Assembly (NCBI GenBank): GCA_965221695.1
Contig: OZ244905.1
Coordinates: forward strand, 992,001 to 1,056,000
Reading direction: 5' to 3'
DNA: 64,000 nucleotides
From: Gammaproteobacteria bacterium
GTDB lineage: Bacteria; Pseudomonadota; Gammaproteobacteria; Eutrophobiales; Eutrophobiaceae
The notes under the pieces are model-generated. The model ran no database searches. It was not told the origin of the DNA and was given only the letters and a program-made list of their open reading frames with translations. The position numbers and the translations under genes were made by a program. This document shows positions 42,686 through 54,100 of this stretch, piece after piece. How positions within the stretch are numbered: position 1 is the stretch's first letter; every line of letters starts with the position of its first letter.

Positions 42686-43663
42686 TCAGGGAATTAACAA
42701 TATCTTGCCGATGTGCGCGCTGCTCTCCATGATCGCGTGCGCGTCGGCTGCCTGCGCCAGCGGCAGTTTTTTGTAGATTATCGGTTTAATCTGTCCACTG
42801 CTGATAAATGGCCAGATATGTTGCTCCAGGTTGCGGGCAATAGCCGCCTTGTAGGGCGCCGGCATGGGTCTTAAGGTGGACCCCGTGAGCGTGAGCCGCT
42901 TGACCATGACGGCGCGGCAATCGATTTCCGCCTGCCAGCCTTTTAATCCTGAGATGATGGCAATACGCCCGTCCGGCGCGGCAAGTTTTATGTCCTTGCG
43001 AACATAATCCCCCGCGACCATATCGAGTATCACATCAACTCCTGCGCCGTCCTGCGCTTCGGTAATCTTTTCCACGAAGTCCTGTTCATTGTAGTTGATG
43101 GCCAGCCTGGCCCCGAGCTGTTCGCAGATGCGGCATTTTTCCGCGCTGCCCGCGGTGACAAACACGGTTGCGCCCATAGCCCGGCCCATTTGTATCCCTA
43201 TCGTGCCGATACCGCTGGACCCGCCATGGATGAGCAAGGACTCGCCTTTCTTCAAACCACACCGATCAAACACATTATTCCAGACGGTAAACACCGTTTC
43301 CGGCAGCGCGGCCGCATCGTCCACCGCCAGACCATCCGGCACGGGCAGGCACAGTGACGCGTCAGCAACAGCATAATCCGCATAGCCGCCGCTATGGACC
43401 AGCGCGCAAACCTTATCACCCGCTTGCGGAAACGCAAAGTCACCGTTGGTTTCTATAACCTCGCCGGAGAGTTCAAGACCGGGAATGTCCGATGCCCCGG
43501 GCGGCTGCGGATACTTGCCCAGGCGCTGCATCACATCTGGACGGTTGACCCCCGCGGCGCTGACTTTAATCAGGACCTGCCCCGGACCAGGCGCCGGCAT
43601 CCCGGCTTCAACAAGGGTCAGAACTTCAGGTCCGCCCGGTTCTTTTATGATTATGTTTTTCAT
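42686..43663 (-). CDS. NAD(P)H:quinone oxidoreductase (PIG3-like)
   Basis: GVNRPDVMQR, PGLE, HGGSSGIG, GSTLR, HIGKILL. Confidence 0.92.
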   Translation of the reverse strand: MKNIIIKEPGGPEVLTLVEAGMPAPGPGQVLIKVSAAGVNRPDVMQRLGKYPQPPGASDIPGLELSGEVIETNGDFAFPQAGDKVCALVHSGGYADYAVADASLCLPVPDGLAVDDAAALPETVFTVWNNVFDRCGLKKGESLLIHGGSSGIGTIGIQMGRAMGATVFVTAGSAEKCRICEQLGARLAINYNEQDFVEKITEAQDGAGVDVILDMVAGDYVRKDIKLAAPDGRIAIISGLKGWQAEIDCRAVMVKRLTLTGSTLRPMPAPYKAAIARNLEQHIWPFISSGQIKPIIYKKLPLAQAADAHAIMESSAHIGKILLIP

Positions 43664-43729
43664 TGCAAACAGATAAGTTTTTAGATGATACGGCCTGAAA
43701 CGCAGTGGGATTGATCATTACAGCCTGTA

Positions 43730-43846
43730 TCATTGCATGACCTCAAAAGCGATGTAACGATGACCGCGCCGGAGTACGCATCTACCATGCGCAGCATCAG
43801 TGCGGTCGAACAACGCTATCAAAGGCCCGGTATCGGCCAGGATCAT
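43730..43846 (-). pseudogene. Internally deleted PIN/VapC toxin
   Basis: 38 aa MILADTGPLIALFDRTDAAHGRCV|LRRGHRYIAFEVMQ: PIN N-terminus joined to a PIN-like C-terminus; ATGA overlap with the upstream stop. Confidence 0.7.
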
Positions 43847-44463
43847 CGTTTGTATTTCCTCCTGATTATTTCCACTATCTGATCTTTCGCACGGGGAGCG
43901 GGACCAACGGTGTCGTCACGGATTGTCTTTGCCCAGCTATTGCGTAACGTATCAATGCTGATGAACATTCGTAATGAGCGCGTTGGCAGTGGTTGAAATC
44001 CCATAGCCTGATAAAATGCCTGGCGTTTTTCTGTCATATCGGGGCCGCCGTCCTCGATCACATCGAGCACCACGGCCTTAAGTCCGATTTGATTGGCGGC
44101 ATCTTGTGCACGCTTCAATACATTTCCGAGCAGGATACTTCCAATACCGCATCCCTGATAGCGGCGGTCTACGGCGATCATTGAGAGGTAGACTGCCGGG
44201 ATACTACCGGATCGGGGAGCGTGTTTCGTCAGGCTGGACGGGAAATCCTCTCCTTCCAACGAGTGCGCGTTTAGCGCATAATAACCCAGAATCTTATCTC
44301 TCCCGTCTTCAGTAGCGACCCAGACCCGTGTAAAATCCGCCGCCTGGTGTTTCCTTGCGCTCCTTTTAAGAAAGTTGTCGAGCCGGGCAATCCCACATGA
44401 AAAGGACGCTCTATCGTGTTTCTCAGGGTTAAGCGGTAAGATGGATATCTGCTGTGGATTCAC
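43843..44463 (-). CDS. GNAT acetyltransferase toxin (TacT/AtaT-like) with ~30-aa C-terminal extension
   Basis: HDRASFSCG..LDNFLK, GYYAL, IPAVYL..AVD..QGCGIG, FYQAMGF; GTG start at 44463 assumed. Confidence 0.88.
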   Translation of the reverse strand: MNPQQISILPLNPEKHDRASFSCGIARLDNFLKRSARKHQAADFTRVWVATEDGRDKILGYYALNAHSLEGEDFPSSLTKHAPRSGSIPAVYLSMIAVDRRYQGCGIGSILLGNVLKRAQDAANQIGLKAVVLDVIEDGGPDMTEKRQAFYQAMGFQPLPTRSLRMFISIDTLRNSWAKTIRDDTVGPAPRAKDQIVEIIRRKYKR

Positions 44464-44470
44464 CGGGGCT

Positions 44471-44782
44471 TCAGTCGCCCCGTACCACTCGGGCGTCGTG
44501 CATTGCCATGACATGTTGCAGTGCGTCGGTCGGTGGCTCCGGCTTTTCCAGGGCGGACAGCACAGCATCACGGTCTGTTGCTGACAGGAGCGTGCGTTCG
44601 TGGTCGGCAATAGTTGCCTGGGCACGTTCAAGCGCTACGCTTGTCACGAAAGTTGTCTCATCAATACCGAGCAGGGCCGCCGCTCGCTGAATTTGTGCCT
44701 TGATGTGTGGTTTAGTGCGCTGTTCCATCCGCGCCGTTTTCGGTTCATCAATAGCAGTGGCGGTATCATTGAAATTCAACAT
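44471..44782 (-). CDS. DUF1778 (TacA/AtaR-like) antitoxin
   Basis: KTARMEQRTKPHIKAQIQRAAALLG..TFV..LSATD..ALEKPEPPTDAL. Confidence 0.9.
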   Translation of the reverse strand: MLNFNDTATAIDEPKTARMEQRTKPHIKAQIQRAAALLGIDETTFVTSVALERAQATIADHERTLLSATDRDAVLSALEKPEPPTDALQHVMAMHDARVVRGD

Positions 44783-44809
44783 GATCGTAGCTTCATTGTT
44801 TTTTGTTAT

Positions 44810-44830
44810 TGTACGGTATTTTGCCGGACA
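44810..44830. promoter_or_regulatory. RHH-GNAT operon operator
   Basis: TGTACGGTA-TTT-TGCCGGACA, resembling the TGTACGG...CCGTACA operators of KacAT-type loci. Confidence 0.6.
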
Positions 44831-44864
44831 TTGAAACCTCCTCCTCGGTAACTCGGCATCTCGG

Positions 44865-45135
44865 ATCGCAGGCGTCTCGCCTGCCTGCGGGCGGGACGCC
44901 CGCGCTCCCAGGGATATCTTCGCGGCCCTCCCAAGGGCACCGTACCACTCCCACGAAAGTGAGAGTCCAGGACAATGCTGTGTCGCCCGAAGGGCGACCC
45001 CTTAGTTTACCTGGATTCCCGTTTCCACGGGAATGGGATGGGGGTGCTCCCGTGCGCCACACCACCTTACCACTCCCACGAAAGTGGGAGTCCAGGACAA
45101 TACTGTGTCGCCCGAAGGGCGACCCCTTTTACCTG
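44865..45135. repeat. Composite REP/BIME-like cluster
   Basis: GC-rich REP doublet 44865-44909; ~70-bp direct repeats at 44943-45013 and 45068-45135 (CACTCCCACGAAAGTGRGAGTCCAG plus GTCGCCCGAAGGGCGAC hairpin); inverse arm CTGGATTCCCGTTTCCACGGGAATG at 45011-45035. Confidence 0.85.
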
Positions 45136-48100
45136 TAGCCCCACTCCAGGTTCAGCCAGAAGCTGTGCTCCGGTGATATGTTCCAGGATTCTTCGCGTAC
45201 GCCTTCAAAGCCTACCCGCAGTACGCTGCCACCCATTAGTACGTCACTCATCTCCGTGCCCAGTATGAAGCGGCGGGAACGTTCGCCCAGTCCCGAGGTA
45301 CGGCTGTATACGGTCCATAGCCTGCCCCGGATAAACAAGCCGTAACCTACCTCTGTTTCCATACCGAACCGGTACTCATCCGAAGTCGGACTGCGCTGGC
45401 CGCGCACCATGTCTTCAATATTACGCTCCCACAACTGCTGGGCGCCGCCCTCAATGCTGCCCAGACTGCGGGTCGGTCTGTAATGCGGGGTCAATTTCAT
45501 CATCAAGCCGGTGCCGTCCGCCTGGTATGCCTTCTCCAACAGACCACTTACCTGCCACTCACGGTAATTCGAGTTCGCCAGCAACCCGGCGCCGCGCAAC
45601 TGAGCCGCCCAGCCTGTCTCCGTCGCATAGCGCAGACCACCGGCAAGGTCCACCCCGGCCCCGCTTTGCGCATCGCCGCCGTCAGCACGCACGCCCAACT
45701 CAGCAAACTGCTCAAACTGCCCCCCTTCCGTCGCCGCCATATGCCTGCCTTCCAATACTGCCCGTACACGCTGCACATCCACATCCGGCGCATCCTCGAC
45801 CGACATTGCCGCATACATCGCCTCACCCTTGTAACCCAACTGCCAACCACCACTCCGGAAGAAACGACCCGTCACGCCCAATGCCGCCGAGTACAGGTCG
45901 AGATCGGACTCCTGACGGAAGTCATCATCGTCCACGGTCAGGTCCAACTCGCCCAAACCATACCCCAGTGAACCCCAGACGCTCAAGTCTTGCGAGACCG
46001 CCCAGTCCGCATACGGATGCAAACTCGTCAGGCTGATGTCGTAATCCCCTGTAAATGTGCGCCGGGCATCGCTGCGGTCGGTATAGTCAAACCGGGCCTC
46101 GGTGCGGGACAGGGCTGCACCCAACAGTAACTGCTCGGTCGCCTCGATATCTGCGCCAAGGTGGAAACTCGCCAGACCGCCGTCCCAATTCACCGCATTA
46201 TTGCCCTTGCTGCGCAGGTCGGTGTAACTGCCCTCGCCCCACAGGGTCACTACTTTGCCGGCCTCACCGGATTCGCTGCCGTCGTCAGCGCCGAAATTCA
46301 GCGGCAGTACAAACGACGCCCGGTTCAGCAACTGGCGCATATCAAGCCGCCGCCGATATTCCCAACCGCCCGGTGTGTCGAAGACATCGAACGCATCCGC
46401 TCTCATCTGTGTCCGTCCGCCGGACCGTGCCCCATTTGCAAACGGATCCACCCGACTTTCCATACCCGGCAATGCCTGGGTGTTGTTCCCGAACGCCTGA
46501 GCAAACGCCGACTGCGCCATTGCGATCTCATTACCCAGCAATACTGGCCCGGACTCGGTCTCTGTCTTGGCTCCGCCAGTTTGAGGCCCGAGTGCAACCG
46601 GATCTACCCGACTCTCCACACTCGGCATTGCGTGGGTCTTGCTCCCGAACGCCTGTGCCAGCGCCGACTGTGCTAATGCAATCTCATTACCCAGCAATAC
46701 AGCCCCGGACCGGGTCCCTGTATTGGCTTCGAGATCAGACGATATCACTCCGCCCGGAGGCAGCGCATCGATACCCAGCAGCGGCAATCCAGGCTCTACT
46801 CCATACTCAACTGGCTTCACGCTACGCGTCGTACTCGGTGTCGTACTCGGCGCCGGCCTCGGAGACTGACCAAAAATCCTGGTTGCTTGAACTGTCCCGG
46901 AGCGCGCCGCGCTGATCCGACTACCTATCACCTGTGTGGTGCGTCCAACCACCGACAATGTGAACTGCGGCAACAGATCCTCGTGCAGGTCTGTCACCAG
47001 CGGCGCATCGATCGGCACTTCGCTCACCGTTACTGCAAACGTATCGCTCGCCTCAGCGCCCGTTGCATCAGAGGCCGTTACCGTGATGTCCGCCGCGCCC
47101 ACCGACACGCCGGTCAGGGTCAGATCGCTGCCTGACAGGGTAACCGTTACGATGGATTCATCATCCGAGACTGCCGAGTAGGTCAGCGCATCGCCATCCG
47201 CATCGGTGAACACAGCGCTCACGTCAACCTGTAGCGTCTGGTCCACTTCAAGCTCACGGTCAAACAGCGGCATCGCTACTGTCGGCCCCCGGTTCGGCAT
47301 CACTACCGTGACAGCAAACCTGTCGCTGGCCGTGCCGCCGCGCCCGTCGTCCGCGGTCACCGTGATAGTCGCGTCGCCGGCGGATATGCCTGTCAGCGTC
47401 AGGGTATTACCGGTTAACGCTACCGTCACCACGGACTCATCCTCAGACACCGCCGTATACGTCAAGGCATCGCCGTCCGCATCGGTGAATACGCCACCCA
47501 ATTCAACCTGCTGCGCCTGATCTACGTCAAGCGACTGGTCAGACAACGGCGTCGCAACTTCCGGCGCCTCATTCGACAGCGTGACCGTCACCGTGAATTG
47601 GTCGCTCGCGGCGCCGCCGTAACCATCATCCGCGGTCACCGTGACGCCCGCTGCGCCGGCGGATACGCCGGTTAATGTCAGGGTATTGCCGGCCACCGCC
47701 ACTGTGACCACCGTCTCATCGGCAGACACCGCCGTATATGTCAGCGCATCGCCGTTCGCATCCGTGAAGGCGCCGCTCACATCAACCTGCCGGGTCTGAT
47801 CTACTGTAATCGTCTGGTCAGTCAATGGCGTCCTCACTACCGGCGACTCATTCTGCTGCACTACCGTGACTGTGAAGGTGTCGCTCGCCTCGCCGCCGCG
47901 CCCGTCAGACGCCGTTATCGTCACATTCGCTTCGCCAAGCGCCACGCCGGTCAGGGTCAAACGCTCTGTCGAATCAATATCCACCGTCACTACCGAGGAG
48001 TCATCAGCCGTCGCCGTGTAGCTCAGCACATCGCGATCCGGATCGTTAAACAAGTCTGCGATAGTCAGCGTCCGCCTCTCATCCACCAACAATGTCTGAT

Positions 48101-51100
48101 CGCCGGCCGATGCCAACAGAACCGGCGCATTGTTTGGCGGCGGAGGCGGTGGCGGTGGCGGTTCAACAGTGCCGTCCGCAGTAATAGTGATGTTGAACGT
48201 CAGAGTCGCCGTATCGCCGTCTTCATCGCGCGCCGTGTACGTATATTCGGTAGCCGTCTGCGTCCCCGTCGGCGTGCCGCTTAACGTGCGCGCACTGGCG
48301 CTGAACATCAATCCCGCCGGCGGCGCCGGACTCAGACTGTAGGTCAATGTCCCATCACCGCCGGTTGCCCGCGGCAGCGCCAACATTGTAATCGCGGTGT
48401 TCTGCACGTAGTTCTGGTCGTCGATCGTCGTGGAGCCGAAGCTCGGCATGCCATCCGCGATAATCGTAATATTGAATGTCAGGGTCGCCACATCACCGTC
48501 ATCATCGGTCACGGTGTACGTGTACTCAGTCGCCGTCTGCGTCTCCGTCGGGGTGCCGGTCAGTGTGCGGGCGGTATCGCTGAACGTCAGGCCCGTCGGC
48601 GCATCCGGACTTAAGGTGTACGTCAGCGGGGTGTCGCCGCCGTCTGCCTCTGGCAGGTTCAGGGTGGTGATGGCCGTACCCTGGGTGTAGGTCTGGTCGG
48701 TTATCGTCTTGCCGTCAAAGTTCGGCAGAGCGTTCGATGTTACCGATACTGTGGCCGTGAGACCGGCGTAGTTGCCGGCGGCGGCGGTTAAGGTGACAGT
48801 CGCCGCGCCATCGGTTGGGTTGGCCGCCATGTTTACCGTCACCGTCTGGGCGGTACTGTAGCTCGTCGTGGTGAACGTCAGTGGTGTCGGGCTGACCGTG
48901 ACATCGCCGTCGTCGCTGGTGAGAGTGACGGTGACCGTGGCAGTCGGGACCGCGACCAGGGTCACATCAAAGGTGTTGCTGCCGCCCTCGTCGACTTCCA
49001 GTGTGGTCGGTGTGACTTGTATAGCCGGGGTTACCGTTGCTGTCGGCGTGGCCGTGACCGTGTCCGAGCCCGGGCCGTTGGCGGTACCGACCACCGCGCG
49101 TATCTGGAACGCATAGGTCGTGCCGTTGGTCAGGTTGTCAACAGTGTGGGTCGTGGTCGTGGCCGTGCTGTTGGCAATGTCGGTCCAGGCGGTGGTGGCC
49201 GGTATGGTGGCGCCCTGGGCCTGGCGCACCTGGTACCTGGTGATGGTACTGTCATTCGGGTTGGTCCAGGTCAGCGTGACCTCGGTGTCGCCGGGCGCCG
49301 CGGTCAGGTTGGCCGGTTTGGCCGGGGCCTCGTCCACATTGGTAATGGTGATGGCCACGTTCACCGTGTCGCTGTTGCCGTCATCGTCCGTCGCCGTTAA
49401 CGTGTACACATAAATGTTATTGGTGTCGTTATCCGTCGGGACCTCAAAGTCCTTGGCCCCCAGGGTTACGGTGGCGCCGGTGTTGCTCTGGTTCGACAGG
49501 GTAAAGCCGTTGGCGTTGGCGTCGTCGCCGGTCAACGCCCAGGTGATGTTGCCCACCGGCGTGCCGGTCAAGGTCGCATTGCCGGTGTAGGCCGTATTCT
49601 CGGCCAAGTTGGCATCGGCCACACCGCCGAGGGTTAGCGTGGGCGTAATACGGATGTCGAACGTCAGCTCGGCCGTATCCCCGTCCGCATCGGTGGCGGT
49701 GTAGGTGTATTCGGTGGCCGCCTGCGGCGCGGTCGGCGTGCCGGTTAAGGTGCGGGCGGTCGCATTGAAGGTCAGACCCGCCGGCGGGGTCGGTGTTAAC
49801 GTGTACGCCAGTGTGCCGTCACCGCCGGTCGCTTGCGGCAGGTTCAGCGTGGTAATCGCCGTACCCTGCGGGTAGGTCTGGTCGGCAATGGTCTGCGTGC
49901 CGAAGCTCGGCAGCGCATTCGCGGTGACCGCGACCGTGGCCGTGCGACCGGCGTAGTCGCCGCCGGCGGCGGTTAAGGTGACAGTCGCAGAGCCATCGGT
50001 CGGGTTGGCCGCCATATTCACGGTAACCGTTTGTGCGGTACTGTAGTTCGTGGTGGTGAAGGTCAGCGACGTCGGGTTGACCGTCACGTCAGTATCATCA
50101 CTGGTGAGTCTGACCGTCACCGTGGCGGTCGGTTCGGTGGCCAGGCTCACATCAAACGTGCCGCTGCCGCCTTCGTTGACCGTCAGACTGCTCGGCGTTA
50201 CCCGCAACCCAGCAAGCCCAATGCTCGTCTCAGCAGCCGGCCCGTTGCCGCTGCCGTTCACCGCACGCACGGCAAACGTGTAACTCGCGCCGTCCGGTAA
50301 ACCCGTCACCGTGTGACCGGTCGTGGTCGCATCGCTGTCAGTGATGGGTAGCCAGTTGCCATAGCTGCCGTTATCCTGCTTGTAACGCACCTCCCACCTG
50401 CTCGCAACCGCTATCGCATCCCAGGTCAGGTCAACCTCGCCCGCATTCGCCCCCAGCTCCGCCTTAAGGTTCGTCGGCGCCGTCAAGGGCACTTCAGAGT
50501 CCACCACCTCAATGTCAAACGTCCTCGTGTCCTCGTCCGCCGCGCCCGTCTGGTTGTCCGAGTCGGACACGGTCAAGGTGTAGGTCTGGGCCGCGGTCAC
50601 TCGCACCGGCGTGCCGGTAAAGCGAGGCGCGCTGTTCTGGCCCGGATCGACACCGGCGTCGTCCGGACCGTCGCCGTCATAGGCCAGGCCCGCGGGCAGC
50701 GCCGACGGCGACAACGTGTACGTCAACTTGCCGTCGCCCGTGTTCGACCACAGGAACTCCCGGTCCTCCGTCTCGCCCACCCTAAACGTCTGGGGCGCCA
50801 CGGTGATGGAGCTGAACACCGGCTTGCTGTTCACCACCGACCCCTCGAACGTCAGCGTCGCCGTGTAGGTCTCCGCCGACTCCATACGGCTCGAACTCGT
50901 GCCTATCACGTCAATCACCTTGAACGTGAAACTCGTCGTGAAACCGTCGTCGCCTTCAGGCGGGAAGAACGCCAGCACCTTTTGTGACCGTGAGGACTGG
51001 ATGTTCCACACCGATACCTCCTGGTTAATGCTCACATCTCTCACGGGCGCAGTCGACCTCGAGCCGTACGGCACCGTCTTCAATGCGCCCGTAGCCGGCA

Positions 51101-54100
51101 GCGACAGCACCTTCACACCATAGAAGAGCGCCTCACTGCGTGTGTCCGCCACCTTGAACGGGAACACGTTGTCGCTGTCGCGCGACGCCGGCAGCTTGGT
51201 GTGCGGCTTGGTCACAATCACAGCTATATTGTCGCTCGACGGGGTGGTGGTCTGCGCCAGCGTAATCGTGATGTTGAACGTGAGGCTCGCTGTGTCGCCG
51301 TCCGCGTCGGTGACGGTGTAGGTGTAGGCCGTCTCGCTCTGGACCGCGGTGGGCGTGCCCGTCAGCGTGCGAGCGGCCGCGTCGAAGGTCAGGCCCGCGG
51401 GGGCGGCCGGGCTCAGGCTGTAGGTCAGCGGAGCGTTGCCGCCGGTGGCTGCGGGCAGGTTCAGCGTGGCGATGGCCGTGTTCCGGGTATAGTTCTGGTC
51501 GGCGATGGTCTCGGTGCCGAAGCTGGGCGTGGTGTCGGCCCGCGGCGTCGCGGTGACGGTGTCGGAGTCATCGCTGTTGCCGCCGTTGTTCACCGCCCGG
51601 ATCTGGAAGCTGTACTCAGTGCCGTTGGTCAGGCCGGTCACCGTGTAGCTGGTGGTGCTGGCGCCGCTGCCCGGAATGTCCTCCCACAGACCGATCCCCA
51701 GGCCTTCCCGGTAGACATACTGGTACTTGGTGATGCTGGCGTCGTTGGGGTCATTCCAGTTCAGGGTGACTTCGGTGTCGCCGGCTGTGGCGCTGAGGTT
51801 TGCTGGCTTGGCGGGCGGCGCCTGCGGGTCGGTGATGGTGATGTTGAAACTGAGGCTCGCCGTGTCGCCGTCGGCGTCGGTGACGGTGTAGGTGTAGGCC
51901 GTCGCGGGCCGGGACGCGGTGGGCGTGCCGGTCAGCGTGCGGGCGTCGGCGTCAAAGGTCAGGCCCGCAGGGGCTACCGGGCTCAGGCTGTAGGTCAGCG
52001 GGGCGTTGCCGCCGGTGGCTACGGGGAAGTTCAGCGTTGCGATGGCCGTGTTCAGGGTGTAGCGCTGGTGGGCGATGGTCTCAGTACCGAAGCTGGGCAA
52101 CTCGTTCGCCACCACCGTCACGACGAACACATCGTTGACCTTGCCGCCTTTGTTGTCGTCCGCGGTCACCGTCAGCGTCGGCGCGCCGGCCGACACCGCC
52201 GTAAACGTGAGCGTGGAATCCACTACCGCCACCGTCACCTGGGCCGTGTCGCTCGACACCGCGCCGAAATTCAGCGGGTCATTCTCCGGGTCGCTGAACA
52301 CCGTAGACAGGTCCACGGTGCCGGACTTGCCCTCACTCAGCGTCTGGTCCGGGATCGGATTGTCCACCACCGGCGGTTGGTTCACCGGCGCCACCACTTC
52401 AATGGTGAATGTCAAGGTCGCCGCGTCGCCATCCGCATCCGTCGCCGAGTAGCTGTAGGTCGCCTCCGGCGTCACTGCCGTCGGCGTTCCGGTGATCTCC
52501 CGTTTGCCGGCACTGAATGCCAGGCCGTTCGGCAGCGCCGGCGCTATCGCGTAGGTCAGCGCGCCGTTGCCGCCGGTCGCCGCGGGCAACTGCAGGGCGG
52601 TGATCGCCTCGCCCCGCGTGTAGGTCTGCGCCGGCACCGTCGCCGTGCCGAAGCTCGGCGCAGTGTTCGCTTTGACTTCGATCGTGAACTTCAGGGTTGC
52701 CGAGTCGCCGTCCGCGTCCGTTGCCCTGTAGTCGTAGGAAGCCGCCGTGCTCACCGCCGTGGGCGTTCCCGTAATCTCCCGGCTGTCCGCATCGAATGCC
52801 AAGCCCGCCGGCAGCGCCGGCTCGAGCGTGTAGCTCAAGGCGCCATTGCCGCCGCTCGCTTCGGGCAGGGTCAGTTTCGCGATGGCCACGCCCTGCGTGT
52901 ACAGTTTGTCGTCGATGGTCGCCGTGCCGAAGCTCGGCGCATCGTCCGCCTCCACCGTGACCACGAACTCATCGTCCACCTTGCCGTCTTTGCCGTCGTC
53001 CGCCGTCACCGTCACCGTCGAAGTGCCCGCCGCAACACCTTCAACCGTCACTATCGCGTCCTTCACCGACACCGTCGCCTTCGACGGGTCGGCCGAAGTT
53101 GCCAGGTAGGTCAACGGGTCGTTGTCCGGATCTTTGAACACCTGCGAAACATTCACATCCCGCGTCTCGCCCGCCGTCAAAGTCAGGTCGGCGATCGGCT
53201 TGTCCACCGTCGGCGGATCGTTCGGCGGCTCAAGAGTGGTCACCTCGAATACATCGTCCACCGTGCCGCCTTTGCCATCGTCCGCCGTCACCGTCACCGT
53301 GGCCGCGCCGCCGGGCAACTGCGCCTTGTAGGTGAGCGTGTTTCCATCCACAGACGCCGTCACCAGGTCGGTGTCGCTCGACACCGCGCTGAAAGTCAGC
53401 GGGTCGTTGTCCGGATCGCTGAACACCGTCGACAGGTCCACGGTTTCGGAAACGCCCTGGTTCAGATCCACGTCCGGGATTTCGCTGACCACCACCGGCG
53501 GGTTGTTCGGCGTTTGGTAGGTTGCGGTGACCGTTGTCGCGGCCGTGTTGCCGTTACCGGCGGCGTCCTGTGCTTCATTCGCCTCCACGCCAACACTGAA
53601 CTCGCCGACGGCCTTTGGCGTGATCCTGGCGGTGTAGGTGGTCCCGTCCGCGCTGCCCGCTTCGGCGAAATCCGACGAGTTGGCATTGGTCAGCGTGATG
53701 TCGCTGATCTCAAAGCCGGTGACCGGCTCGCTGAAGGTGAAGGTGGCGTCCACCGCCGCGGTGACGGTGCCTGAAACGCCGGTGATGGTCACCGTGGGCG
53801 CGATATTGTCCAGCGTGAACGCCTCAACTGGTCCCGTCGGCGTCCGATCTCCAATCGAGACGCCAGTGCAGCTTCGGATTCTCGCATCCGATTTCAACGT
53901 CAGCGTGACCGTGCCGTTGTAGTCGTCCAGAGTGGTGCTTGCGTCGAAGTCACCAATGGTTACGTCGTAGGTGCGGCTGCCTTCGCAACCCGGCAGGAGA
54001 GCACCGGGAGACACCACGGGCGCGGGCGGGTTTGTCAAATCCGGACTGAACGCAGTCACGTAGGACGACGACTTGAACGCGTCGTTGAAGTGTACGCGTT

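Noticed and set aside
44865-45135. Integron attC sites or CRISPR repeats
   Set aside because: No integrase, no clear attC box structure, only two units; fits REP-type palindromes.
51201-53774. 857-aa plus-strand ORF, and the 752-aa ORF at 57144-59402
   Set aside because: Arg/Gly/Val-rich antisense shadows of the GC-biased giant gene; no recognisable motifs.
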